Positions 1 to 8,664 of a stretch of DNA of 39,470 nt are shown here, in pieces (position 1 is the first letter of the stretch; each line of letters starts with the position of its first letter). Origin of the DNA: a virus. Its lineage: Duplodnaviria; Caudoviricetes. The notes below the pieces were generated by a model. The model was not told where the DNA came from, searched no databases, and was given only the letters and a program-made list of their open reading frames with translations. The position numbers were made by a program, and so were the translations under genes. Location: positions 1 through 39,470 of the IMG/VR virus record IMGVR_UViG_3300020045_002438; one strand, 5' to 3'.

Positions 1-121
1 TTATCTTGGGACTAATAGCTCTATCCTACAATGGGGCATGATGGCAGTAGTTGGCGTAGACTCCACCTCTATATCCTATATCCCAACAACCACCGCAGCC
101 GTAACACGCGCAGCCGACGAA
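1..121. repeat. Terminal direct repeat (assembly overlap), copy 1
   Basis: 1..121 is identical to 39350..39470 and lies inside an ORF that reads through the junction in frame, so it indicates a circular or circularly permuted genome. Confidence 0.95.
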
Positions 122-298
122 CTCACAATCCCCATTCCTGCGGCTGTCACATCGCTGGATATCGTGCATGCCGACGATACGGTTACAACGGTCGCCAAGT
201 CTGCACTGACTGACCTAGGCGGTGGCCTGTACACGCTCACGGCGGTTAACGCTGCGCTGACACAATACAACATCAAGCAAATCCGCGAGGCCACATAA
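2..298 (+). CDS. C-terminal part of the Ig-like/head-spike-fibre protein starting at 38397 (416 aa across the junction)
   Basis: In frame with the 38397 ORF once the 121-bp overlap is removed; contains SYIPTTTAAVTRAAD, typical of phage fibre/spike carbohydrate-binding domains. Confidence 0.85.
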   Translation, partial: YLGTNSSILQWGMMAVVGVDSTSISYIPTTTAAVTRAADELTIPIPAAVTSLDIVHADDTVTTVAKSALTDLGGGLYTLTAVNAALTQYNIKQIREAT

Positions 299-564
299 TG
301 GCAAAGGTAGATAACTACTTTGAGGGAACGCAAGCCGAGATGCTAGGGCTTGCGAGCAACTTTAAAAACTGCCGGATTTACGAAGGAGACAACGGGCTAT
401 GGCACTGCCAAGTCAAGACCGCCAAGATCAAGACCGTCGGCAAAGGCAAGCTGTCCACAAAGACCAAAATAAACAAAGCCATCGCGCAAGAGGCCGATAA
501 ACTAGCAGCTAAGGCCGCAAAGAAAGCCGCACGTAAAGCAGCACGCAAGGAGGCCAAGCAATGA
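298..564 (+). CDS. Small basic protein with Lys/Ala-rich tail (88 aa)
   Basis: TAATG coupling to the previous gene with GAGG RBS; C-terminus AAKAAKKAARKAARKEAKQ. Confidence 0.75.
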   Translation: MAKVDNYFEGTQAEMLGLASNFKNCRIYEGDNGLWHCQVKTAKIKTVGKGKLSTKTKINKAIAQEADKLAAKAAKKAARKAARKEAKQ

Positions 565-848
565 CAGCACACGTCATACACCTAAAATCAACTGACAAGG
601 CCGCGCTGTTGGACTTTGTGGATGACTACAAGCTTTGGCTTGAGCCACAAGAAGGCCGCGCCGCTGTGCCTGAGACAACGGACGAAGAAGGCAACGTCAT
701 CCCTGCACAACCAGCTTACGGTTTGGTTGGTACGTGGTACACAACACTATTATTCAACACGCCGATTGAGATAACCATAGGATCTCCCGTGTCTTTTGCA
801 ACAGATGACGCTGACAACATCGCACAACTATGTGGAGTTTGGGCATGA
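561..848 (+). CDS. Hypothetical protein (95 aa), possible fibre-associated protein
   Basis: ATGA overlap and AAGGAGG RBS; acidic DEEGNVIP motif. Confidence 0.75.
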   Translation: MTAHVIHLKSTDKAALLDFVDDYKLWLEPQEGRAAVPETTDEEGNVIPAQPAYGLVGTWYTTLLFNTPIEITIGSPVSFATDDADNIAQLCGVWA

Positions 849-1048
849 AACAAACCAAAGCCATCAACGACACGGTAGAGGCGTGTTTCTCGGATAGCAC
901 AGAGGGCTTCAAAGACTGCGCCCGTATCGTTCTGACACGGCTTGTGGACGACCGGAATGCAGGGTTTAACGTACAGCCTGAGCGTCTCAGCCTAGTCAAT
1001 CGGGTGATGTGGAAGACTTACAACCTCATTCTTGCGGGGCCGAAGTGA
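845..1048 (+). CDS. Hypothetical protein (67 aa)
   Basis: ATGA overlap with GGAG upstream; stop overlaps the GTG of terL. Confidence 0.65.
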   Translation: MKQTKAINDTVEACFSDSTEGFKDCARIVLTRLVDDRNAGFNVQPERLSLVNRVMWKTYNLILAGPK

Positions 1049-2436
1049 CGGCTTGTGTTGATTTAAAATCCACTTCGTGCCTAACGCCGCCCTTCAGCCT
1101 GACACTTCCGGCGATCTTGCAGATGCCGGAAAAGCTTATTCCGATGATAACGAGGTTCAACGAGTTCACGCTTTTCTTGTTGGAAGGTGGGCGCGGTTCT
1201 GCGAAATCTCACTCGGTAGCTCGGTTCCTTCTTTTCCTCGGCGAGAAACGCAAACTGCGTATTGTCTGCGGTCGTGAAATCCAAGCCAATATCGAAGAAA
1301 GCGTATATACGCTCTTGAAGGATTTGATCGAGCAGTATTCGCTTTCATATGACCTTTTCAAACACAAGATCGTGCATAAGTGGAGCGGGACAGAGTTTCG
1401 CTTTAAGGGTTTCCGCGAGCAGGGAAACGTCAGCGTAAAGGGTCTTGAAGGCGTTGACATATTGTGGATTGACGAAGCTCAGTCGATCGCGAAGCCAACG
1501 CTTGATATTATCATGCCGACGATGCGTAAAGTCGGGGCTCGCGTGTTTTTCACGATGAACCGATATATGCGCGATGACGCTGTGCCGGAATACTGCATCG
1601 GGAACGATGACTGCCTGCACATCAAGATCAACTATCACGAAAACCAGTTCTGCCCGTTGTCGCTGAAGGTTCAAGCTCAGGCAATGAAGGAGAAGAGCGA
1701 GCGCGACTATAATCACATTTGGATGGGTATGCCGCTGCAACAGGCGGATGACTATCTTTTCAACCTTGATAAAATCCACGCCTCCTACGATCTTGTTGCG
1801 TATGGCGAGAGATACGGGAGGCAGCGCGTTCTTGCGATTGACTTCGCGGCGCAGGGAAACGATCAATGCGTTGCGACTGTCCTTGACCGTCTTACAAACC
1901 AGCATTGGAAACTGACTGAGCGCATTCCGTGGGATGAGCCCGATACGATGGTTTCAGTTGGGCGCATCGTCGCGCTTATCGGCGAGCTGAAGCCTGATGT
2001 TACGATCCTTGACATCGGAGGCATGGGCAAGCCTGTCTATGATCGGTTGATCGAAATCGGCATGAAGATAATTCCGTTTGATGGTGGATCGACTGACGGG
2101 ATTGAAAAGGATCACTACGGCAACTGGCGAGCGCAGGGATACTACACGGTTCGCGAGTGGTTCGATCAAGGGTTTCTGATCATCAATCGTAAGGACGCAG
2201 AGGTCGTAAAACAGCTCGAAAAGATCAAGATGAAATATCGTTCGAACGGTATTCGAATGATCCAACCAAAAGTTGATATGAAAAAAGACCTTGGTTATTC
2301 GCCCGATGACGCTGACAGTTTGATGATGGCGATTGTGGGCGCAGCCTTCCATATGAGCGGGTCTGCCAATACGATCTCCGGCACGACTGCGAAGCAATAC
2401 AAACGGAAGACTGAAGGTTCTCGACGTAAGTTGTAA
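1045..2436 (+). CDS. terL: Terminase large subunit, PBSX-like
   Basis: Walker A EGGRGSAKS, CGREIQ motif, Walker B LWIDEAQ, nuclease AIDFA...D and SPDDADSL; start uncertain (GTG 1045 or ATG 1123). Confidence 0.95.
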   Translation: MTACVDLKSTSCLTPPFSLTLPAILQMPEKLIPMITRFNEFTLFLLEGGRGSAKSHSVARFLLFLGEKRKLRIVCGREIQANIEESVYTLLKDLIEQYSLSYDLFKHKIVHKWSGTEFRFKGFREQGNVSVKGLEGVDILWIDEAQSIAKPTLDIIMPTMRKVGARVFFTMNRYMRDDAVPEYCIGNDDCLHIKINYHENQFCPLSLKVQAQAMKEKSERDYNHIWMGMPLQQADDYLFNLDKIHASYDLVAYGERYGRQRVLAIDFAAQGNDQCVATVLDRLTNQHWKLTERIPWDEPDTMVSVGRIVALIGELKPDVTILDIGGMGKPVYDRLIEIGMKIIPFDGGSTDGIEKDHYGNWRAQGYYTVREWFDQGFLIINRKDAEVVKQLEKIKMKYRSNGIRMIQPKVDMKKDLGYSPDDADSLMMAIVGAAFHMSGSANTISGTTAKQYKRKTEGSRRKL

Positions 2437-2470
2437 ATGGTGTTAAGCTGCGCGGCGCAAAGGGGTTCTC

Positions 2471-2953
2471 ATGGACGTTAAAATCTCGACAGTAGGAAGC
2501 GAAGACACTCAGGCGATCAATCAGGTCGTGGAGCTTTCTCGCGTGTTCACGGACGAGTGCCTTCTTTATCGCTCATTGGGCTTCAATCAGGACAAGTGCA
2601 AAGACTTCGTTTCCAAGTTCACAATCGTTGGCACGTCCTTGCTTCTGGCGCACGTCGATGGGGTTCCGGCTGGGTATTCCGCCGTTGTCGCCGACGATAT
2701 GCTGACAGATAAACCAAGGCTTGAAATGGTGACGTTTTACGTTCATCCTGATTTTCGGAATACAGGAGTTGGGGCGGCTCTCGCTGATAAGGTTGTAGAG
2801 TTGATCGAACTGAACGGGAATGGATATTCGCAGTTGTCCATTTGCGCTTATTTTGAAAATGATCGCGAGTTGATCCAACGCGCAACAGAACTTCTCTTCA
2901 AGAGAAGGGGCTTCAAACAAGTCGGTGTCATCCTCGGAAGAATGGGAGAATAG
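2471..2953 (+). CDS. GNAT-family N-acetyltransferase
   Basis: Acetyl-CoA motif FYVHPDFRNTGVGAAL and C-terminal FKRRGFK; AAGGGG RBS. Confidence 0.85.
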   Translation: MDVKISTVGSEDTQAINQVVELSRVFTDECLLYRSLGFNQDKCKDFVSKFTIVGTSLLLAHVDGVPAGYSAVVADDMLTDKPRLEMVTFYVHPDFRNTGVGAALADKVVELIELNGNGYSQLSICAYFENDRELIQRATELLFKRRGFKQVGVILGRMGE

Positions 2954-2956
2954 AAA

Positions 2957-3151
2957 ATGAAGTTTATCAGTCAAATGTTCGGCGGTGGCGACACGCCAAA
3001 GGTTTCAACAGCAGCCGCAACGGAAACCGAAGCCGAAAAGAGAAAGGCCAACACAGGCCGCTCGGCTCTTTACGAGACAGGCGGCGGCGTTACTGGCGCA
3101 GAGCTTGACCCTGAGCAAGTTAAACGCCGCAACACGCTTCTCGGTAACTAA
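2957..3151 (+). CDS. Small pre-portal virion protein (64 aa)
   Basis: Starts MFGGG and ends TLLGN, as seen in small proteins just before portals in podoviruses; GGAG RBS. Confidence 0.7.
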   Translation: MKFISQMFGGGDTPKVSTAAATETEAEKRKANTGRSALYETGGGVTGAELDPEQVKRRNTLLGN

Positions 3152-3172
3152 AACACTAAGGGAAGTCGAGCC

Positions 3173-4981
3173 ATGAAATCACACTTTGATAATACCTACG
3201 AACTCTATACGTCATGCAAGACGGAATGGGAGCGCAACAGATCAACATGGATCGACATCTCTCGCTTCGTTGGAATCACGGTTGACACGAATTACGTCAA
3301 CAACAGGGGGCAGAGCGGCAGAAAAGGAACCGATCTTGACACGTTTGTCGATGATCCGACTGCCGCGCTGTGCGTCAATCAGGCTGGCGATTATGTCATG
3401 GGTATCATGTGGGGAACTGGTGAAGGCGTGTTCGACCTGAAGCCGTCACGATACGTCACGGAATTGATCGACGCTGAAGCTGTTGCGGACTTCTACGATT
3501 ACGCGACAGACCAAACGCTTTATCATATGAACCACGCTGACGCTGGGCTCTCGACATCTCTGAAGCCTTACGCATACGATCAGCAAGGGTTCGGGACTTC
3601 TGGCGTTGGCACGTTCCTGAATAAATCGTTCATGAATGGCGTTGCGGATAATGCCTTGATCTTCAGTAACTACGGCGTTGACAACCTGATGATCGACGAA
3701 GGCAAGGGCGGACAATGCGACATCGTATTCGTCACATACAACTGGAAGGTTAACCGCATCGTCGGCGAGTTCTGTATGAGCAACGGTGATGTTGACGAAA
3801 AGAAGCTCGCGAAGCTCCCCAGCGTCATGAAGGATGCCTACAAGAACGGCAGCTTTAACGACAACTTCACAATCGTCTTCGGGTTTTTCCCGCGAGATGA
3901 TTATGATCCGAAGTTGAAGGGGAAGCGCGGCGCACGATACAAGGGCGTTTGGTTTATGGACGATGCGCGTGACAATAAGACGTTCTTTGAGGAAGATTTC
4001 CTTGATCGTCCTATCGCCGTTGCTCGCGCCATTAAGGTTCGCGGTGAGGTTTATGGCAGAGCGTCCGGCACGTTGCTGAGCAGCACGATCAAGAGCGTGA
4101 ACTTTATCGTCGGGACAGCAATCGAAATCGTCGAGAAGATGGCTAACCCTTCTCTCGGCATTTTCAGCAACTCAATCTTTGGTGACAGCGTTCTCGACAG
4201 TTCACCGAACGGCCTAACGGTCTTCAATCAAACGATGGCTGGAAACTCGAACACGCCTGCGTTCCCGCTTTATGATGTTGGCGATCCTTCTGCTATCCTT
4301 CAATTCATCGTGCCATATTTGAACGAGAAGGTAACGACAGGCTTCAAGGTCGATGCGTTGCTCGACTTTTCTTCGGCGAAGGAAATGACGGCGACAGAGA
4401 GCCTTCAGCGTTACGCGATCCGTGGCAAGTCGCTCGCTGGTATGCTTTTGCAGCAAAAGAACGAGTGCTTGATCCCTATGACGAAGCGTTCTGTTTCGCT
4501 TCTTATGTCGATTGGAGAGCTTGGCGTTGACCCGATTGATCTGAAGCGCGTGAAGGCTCTTCGTGAAGTTGGTCAGGAACGGCGCGTTATCCCTGATGCT
4601 GTGCTTCAAGTTATCAAGAGCGGTCGCCCTTGGTATGAAATCCGCTGGAACAACGAACTAGAAAAGCTCGTTCGCACAGAGGCCGTGCAGAACCTCATCC
4701 AAATCATTCAGGCGATTACGGCGATTGCCGCTCTGTATCCTTCGATTGTTGAGGCCGTAAACTGGTATAAACTTTTGAAGGACATCAACGACAATCTCGA
4801 CGTGAACAACCAAATCCTTTTCTCGGAAGACGAGTTCAAGCAAAAGATTGCTGAGGCCGCTGAGCGTCAGGCGCAGATGTTGGCGTTGCAGGCTGGCGAG
4901 AGCAGCTCGAAGACATCGGCGAATATGGCGAAGGCCAAGAAAGACAACGAGGAGGCAAAGAATGTCGGAACCGGACGTTAA
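3173..4981 (+). CDS. Portal (head-to-tail connector), T7/BPP-1 type
   Basis: 602 aa; motifs GFGTS, GEVYGR and EMTATE; Gln/Ala-rich helical C-terminus; position after terL. Confidence 0.92.
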   Translation: MKSHFDNTYELYTSCKTEWERNRSTWIDISRFVGITVDTNYVNNRGQSGRKGTDLDTFVDDPTAALCVNQAGDYVMGIMWGTGEGVFDLKPSRYVTELIDAEAVADFYDYATDQTLYHMNHADAGLSTSLKPYAYDQQGFGTSGVGTFLNKSFMNGVADNALIFSNYGVDNLMIDEGKGGQCDIVFVTYNWKVNRIVGEFCMSNGDVDEKKLAKLPSVMKDAYKNGSFNDNFTIVFGFFPRDDYDPKLKGKRGARYKGVWFMDDARDNKTFFEEDFLDRPIAVARAIKVRGEVYGRASGTLLSSTIKSVNFIVGTAIEIVEKMANPSLGIFSNSIFGDSVLDSSPNGLTVFNQTMAGNSNTPAFPLYDVGDPSAILQFIVPYLNEKVTTGFKVDALLDFSSAKEMTATESLQRYAIRGKSLAGMLLQQKNECLIPMTKRSVSLLMSIGELGVDPIDLKRVKALREVGQERRVIPDAVLQVIKSGRPWYEIRWNNELEKLVRTEAVQNLIQIIQAITAIAALYPSIVEAVNWYKLLKDINDNLDVNNQILFSEDEFKQKIAEAAERQAQMLALQAGESSSKTSANMAKAKKDNEEAKNVGTGR

Positions 4982-5276
4982 GAAAAAGCCGACGACAACG
5001 GCTGAAAAACTCCTGTCACAGCAGGCCGAGCGCGAGCAGAGCGAGATTATCGCCAAAGAGCGCATGGCTGAATACAAGAAGGCTTTGAACGGTGTGGCTG
5101 CAACGCCAAACGGTCAGCTTGTCTTGAAGACGTTTATCAAGGCATTCGGTGTTTTCACGGTGAAGCCGAACCGTGACGGCATGGCCTTGGTTAGAGATGC
5201 GGCCTTGCGCGATTTCTACTTGTCGCTCGTCCGGCCTCACCTCGACGACGACCTTCGGCGTGAAATCGAAACTTAA
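4962..5276 (+). CDS. Conserved post-portal protein, Bbp19-like (104 aa)
   Basis: GGAGG RBS before ATG 4962; YKKAL...TPNGQLVL pattern; between portal and scaffold. Confidence 0.7.
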   Translation: MSEPDVKKKPTTTAEKLLSQQAEREQSEIIAKERMAEYKKALNGVAATPNGQLVLKTFIKAFGVFTVKPNRDGMALVRDAALRDFYLSLVRPHLDDDLRREIET

Positions 5277-5291
5277 TGGAAAGGAAGAACA

Positions 5292-6188
5292 ATGCCTGAA
5301 GAGAACCAAGGTGGTTCCCCCGCTGGTGCGGATACGGGATCAACGGGCGCAGGCGGCGCACAGCAAGGCTCAGGAGAGGGTCAAAGCAGCCAGAGTGTGC
5401 AGACAGGCGCAGGGCAGCAACAATCAACCCAGACCCCTGATTTCGTCGTTCCTGAAGCATATAGGGAGCGCGGTTGGGCAGGGAAGGTAAAGAGCGTTGA
5501 TGATGCCTTCAAGCTCATCGACAACCAAGACCAGCTCATCGGAAAGAAGGTCTTGACCGCGATTGATTACACGAAGGCAACGCCGGAGGAAATCGCCGAG
5601 CACCACGCCAAGCTCGCGCCGCAGGACAGATCGGCATACAAGTTCAACAAGCCCGACGATCCTGTCTCAATCGCTGTCGCTGACGTTTTCATGAAGGCTG
5701 GCATCAACGAGCATCAGGGCAATCAAATCCTGAGCCAGCTTCATCCAGTCATCATGAAGATGCAGGAAGATCAGGGAGCGCAGGCAACATCCGAAGAGGG
5801 TTATATCAAGCTCTCTCAGGAAGCGTTCGGAGATAAGTTCAAGGAGACTTTGGGGCGTGTCGAAGCTGTCCTGAAACAGAACGCGCCGGATGATGCAAGC
5901 AAAAAGGTTTTCGATGATCTCCCGAACGATCAGCGTATTGCGGTTGATAAAACCGTGAATAAGATCGTAGAAGGATACGAGAACCGTATCGCTCAAATCC
6001 TTCGAGAACACGGCATCACGGAAAGCGGTGCGCAGGGTGAAGGCGGACAAGGAAAGGTTTCGTCGAGCGTTGACGATCAACGAAAAGACTTGCGAGCCCA
6101 GATCAGGAAGATCGACGCTCGGCCTCACACGGCTTCTGAGAAGCAAGCCTTGATCGACAAACTGAACTCAACCTACAATCAAAAGTAA
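5292..6188 (+). CDS. Capsid scaffolding protein
   Basis: Low-complexity G/Q/S N-terminus, helical body, position upstream of capsid. Confidence 0.75.
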   Translation: MPEENQGGSPAGADTGSTGAGGAQQGSGEGQSSQSVQTGAGQQQSTQTPDFVVPEAYRERGWAGKVKSVDDAFKLIDNQDQLIGKKVLTAIDYTKATPEEIAEHHAKLAPQDRSAYKFNKPDDPVSIAVADVFMKAGINEHQGNQILSQLHPVIMKMQEDQGAQATSEEGYIKLSQEAFGDKFKETLGRVEAVLKQNAPDDASKKVFDDLPNDQRIAVDKTVNKIVEGYENRIAQILREHGITESGAQGEGGQGKVSSSVDDQRKDLRAQIRKIDARPHTASEKQALIDKLNSTYNQK

Positions 6189-6201
6189 AGGAAACTGAAC
6201 C

Positions 6202-6891
6202 ATGAAAGCTCTGAAACTTACAATCTCCGGCTCTTATCGCAACGCAAAGCGCGAAGCCATCGACTTCGAGAACGTGACTGGACTTGTTCCAGTTGTCGAT
6301 CACGACATCGCGATCTATCATATGCAAAGTCGCTATGCGATGCGCTGGATCAAGGCCGCAAAAAATGCCGAAGGTGAACGCCTGTATCCTGAGCGTATTG
6401 AAGATATGCGCCAGACCTTCACGGACAGCATCGAAGAAGTCGAAGCTGATTTTTCGTTCATCGGTAAAAACATCAAGGACATGGACGCAGCTGAAATCCA
6501 AGACCTTGCCACGTTCAAAGACCTTCGGACGATCCCGCTCCCACAAGAGGCTTCTGGCGTTTCGTTGCGCGAGCTTCGTGTCGCAGCTTATGCCGCTTAT
6601 TCCGATGCCTTCCACGGAACCAGTCTCATGAAAGAAAAGGATCAAGAGGGGTTCAATTACGCCTCGCTTCCAGCTCTTTCGGTTGCCGGAGCTTCTCGCC
6701 GCGATCCAACGATCAAGTTGACGAACGACGAGGTGCTTGAACAGGAGCAAAAAAAGATGGATGTAGCCTCGACCCCAAAGTCGAATATGACCATCGACGA
6801 CCTTCGTAAGATGGCGAAACAAAAGAACATTTCGTTCTCTGCGAATACAGGGTTTGACGATCTCTACGCAAAGATTTATGGTGCTTCATAG
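6202..6891 (+). CDS. Hypothetical protein with HeH/Rho-N-like small helical domain(s) (229 aa)
   Basis: AAGGA RBS; C-terminal MTIDDLRKMAKQKNISF...DDLYAKI resembles HeH/LEM/Rho-N motifs. Confidence 0.7.
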   Translation: MKALKLTISGSYRNAKREAIDFENVTGLVPVVDHDIAIYHMQSRYAMRWIKAAKNAEGERLYPERIEDMRQTFTDSIEEVEADFSFIGKNIKDMDAAEIQDLATFKDLRTIPLPQEASGVSLRELRVAAYAAYSDAFHGTSLMKEKDQEGFNYASLPALSVAGASRRDPTIKLTNDEVLEQEQKKMDVASTPKSNMTIDDLRKMAKQKNISFSANTGFDDLYAKIYGAS

Positions 6892-6915
6892 TTCCTGATG
6901 GTTGGTTGGGGAGAG

Positions 6916-6945
6916 AAAGGGCGGCTTTCGGGTCGCCCTTTTTTT
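6916..6945 (+). terminator. Rho-independent terminator
   Basis: AAAGGGCGGCT-TTCG-GGTCGCCCTTT followed by further Ts. Confidence 0.85.
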
Positions 6946-6950
6946 ATTAC

Positions 6951-6978
6951 TTGCACAATAGTTAATTTGTGGCATACT
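6951..6978 (+). promoter_or_regulatory. Sigma70-like promoter for the capsid operon
   Basis: TTGCAC-N16-CATACT with TG extension, immediately after the terminator. Confidence 0.55.
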
Positions 6979-6980
6979 CC

Positions 6981-7077
6981 TGCGCGGATACTCGCGTCCT
7001 GCGACCCATGATGGCGACCAGCCGAAAATGGTAGAAAGCCCGAATTATCGGACACCTTTCGGAAAAAAATAATCGCA
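6981..7077 (+). ncRNA. Putative structured cis-regulatory leader RNA of the capsid gene
   Basis: Three hairpins; two carry the same AYAC/C 4x1 internal loop next to a GG/CC pair; possible closing stem TGCG(6981)/CGCA(7074). Confidence 0.55.
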
Positions 7078-7105
7078 CATCAACATTTAGCAAGGAGATT
7101 GGAAC

Positions 7106-8035
7106 ATGCCTTCCAACACATATAGTCCGAGCATCGATCAGGGCGCAAAACTGAACTTCATGGACAGCTTTTACGAACTGGCTCAGCAAACAAAGTCCCA
7201 ACTCGTAGCCACCGGAGCAATCAAGTGGCTTCCGTCGAAGGGAAAAACAAGCAACATGGCTCGCATCGGTAAGATCGAACTCGCCGAAGTTGCTACACGA
7301 AACCCTGACAAGGCCTACGGCGATTACGCGCTTGATAACCGTCAGTTCTCGAAGAAGCGTTTCACGCGAACTGTCACCATCGACGCGAAATACGACATCA
7401 ACGAATTGCTGAAAGACCCGACATCGGACATCTTGACGCAGTTGAACAACGCCAAAGAGCGCGTTATCGACCGCATCGCGATTGCCGTTGCCTCTGGTGC
7501 AGTTCTCGTTGGTGCTCCTGATGCGGCTCCTTCTTCGATCTCGGCGGCTACTGACGGCGTTCTTACGATCGACGGCACGGCTGGTTTTGTTTACACGACG
7601 GTTCAGAAGATCACGCAGAACTTCATCAACAACGACGTTGATATGATGACTGCCCTGCGCTCGACGATCTGCATCACGGGTAAGGAAAACACCTCTCTGA
7701 TGGGCGAAGATAAGTTCATCAACTCGCGCTTCATCAGCGGTCAGCCCGTTGAAGAAGGCGTGATGAAGAAGGCTGGGGCTTACCCAATCGTTCTGTTTGC
7801 TGGCTCTGAAAACGGCGGCATCCAAGTCCAAAACCCGATCCTGCCTGAAGGCTCGACCACGCGCTCTTGCGTTGTGCTCGCTCCTGAAAGTGTCGCGATG
7901 GCGATGGAAATTGGAGATGTAGGCGTTGAAAAGTCCAGCACGAAGGTGAACTCTTTCGACATCACGATTGATCTTTGGATCAACGGTATGCGAACTGAAG
8001 GCGTTAAGGTTCAGCTTGTCACCACAACGATGTAA
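7106..8035 (+). CDS. Major capsid protein (BPP-1-like family)
   Basis: 309 aa; AAGGAG RBS; LAQQTKSQL N-terminus and GMRTEGVKVQ C-terminus; position between scaffold and cement. Confidence 0.9.
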   Translation: MPSNTYSPSIDQGAKLNFMDSFYELAQQTKSQLVATGAIKWLPSKGKTSNMARIGKIELAEVATRNPDKAYGDYALDNRQFSKKRFTRTVTIDAKYDINELLKDPTSDILTQLNNAKERVIDRIAIAVASGAVLVGAPDAAPSSISAATDGVLTIDGTAGFVYTTVQKITQNFINNDVDMMTALRSTICITGKENTSLMGEDKFINSRFISGQPVEEGVMKKAGAYPIVLFAGSENGGIQVQNPILPEGSTTRSCVVLAPESVAMAMEIGDVGVEKSSTKVNSFDITIDLWINGMRTEGVKVQLVTTTM

Positions 8036-8037
8036 CG

Positions 8038-8057
8038 GTAGCGGCTCAGGCCGCTAC
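8038..8057 (+). other. GC-rich hairpin after the capsid gene (stability or attenuation element)
   Basis: GTAGCGGC-TCAG-GCCGCTAC perfect 8-bp stem, no U tail. Confidence 0.5.
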
Positions 8058-8084
8058 TATTAACTGCTATGAAGGAGAAAAAAC

Positions 8085-8600
8085 ATGGCTGATAAAGTAA
8101 ACGCTCTGCTTACTGCGAACGATGCAAATCCTCGCTTTGAAAGCGGAAAATACACGCGAACAGTAGAGTATCAAGCGTCAATCACGGCTGCTAATTCAGC
8201 TGATGGCGACAAGTTGGTTCTTGCTGGCCCACTATCGTTTGGCGACCGTATCGCCTCAATCCGCACTGGTGGTCAGGGTACTCCTGCACTTACTGGCGCT
8301 ATCGATAATGACCTTGGGTTCTGGTACAAAAACACAGCAGGCACGTTTGTCGAGCTTGATAAGGACATCCTGTGGGACGGCATCACGCTTGCCTCGGCTG
8401 TCACCTATCCTGACCTTCTGACTGGCTTCAACTCTGCGCTTGACCGCTCGAAAAACATCGGGCAGTTGCTTGGTAAGGGTGCGGATCAGGCCCCTGCTGG
8501 TGGTGTTTATCTCGTCTTGCTTGAGACGGCTAAAAACACGGCTACTGGCCCTCTGTTGCTGAACTTGTTCATCGACATTGACGAAGCTACCACAGCCTAA
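8085..8600 (+). CDS. Capsid cement/decoration protein
   Basis: 171 aa, beta-rich and rich in A/G/T; AAGGAG RBS; directly after the capsid gene. Confidence 0.7.
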   Translation: MADKVNALLTANDANPRFESGKYTRTVEYQASITAANSADGDKLVLAGPLSFGDRIASIRTGGQGTPALTGAIDNDLGFWYKNTAGTFVELDKDILWDGITLASAVTYPDLLTGFNSALDRSKNIGQLLGKGADQAPAGGVYLVLLETAKNTATGPLLLNLFIDIDEATTA

Positions 8601-8610
8601 AACGTGTTTG

Positions 8611-8637
8611 GGAGAGGGTGTAAAAACCCTCTCCTTT
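8611..8637 (+). terminator. Rho-independent terminator
   Basis: GGAGAGGGT-GTAAAA-ACCCTCTCC-TTT. Confidence 0.7.
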
Positions 8638-8664
8638 ACGTCTTCTTGATAAACGAGGTTCGCT

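Noticed and set aside
1-121. Biological terminal repeat like that of T7
   Set aside because: It falls mid-gene and its length is typical of an assembler k-mer overlap, so it is treated as a circularisation artefact
6713-6889. Short antisense ORF (about 58 aa) behind the CCAACCAACC-AGGA sequence on the minus strand
   Set aside because: Lies wholly antisense to the 6202-6891 gene, has a very short RBS spacing and no protein-like features; the element is better considered at the RNA level
6962-7831. 289-aa minus-strand ORF
   Set aside because: Antisense shadow of the capsid gene with no recognisable motifs
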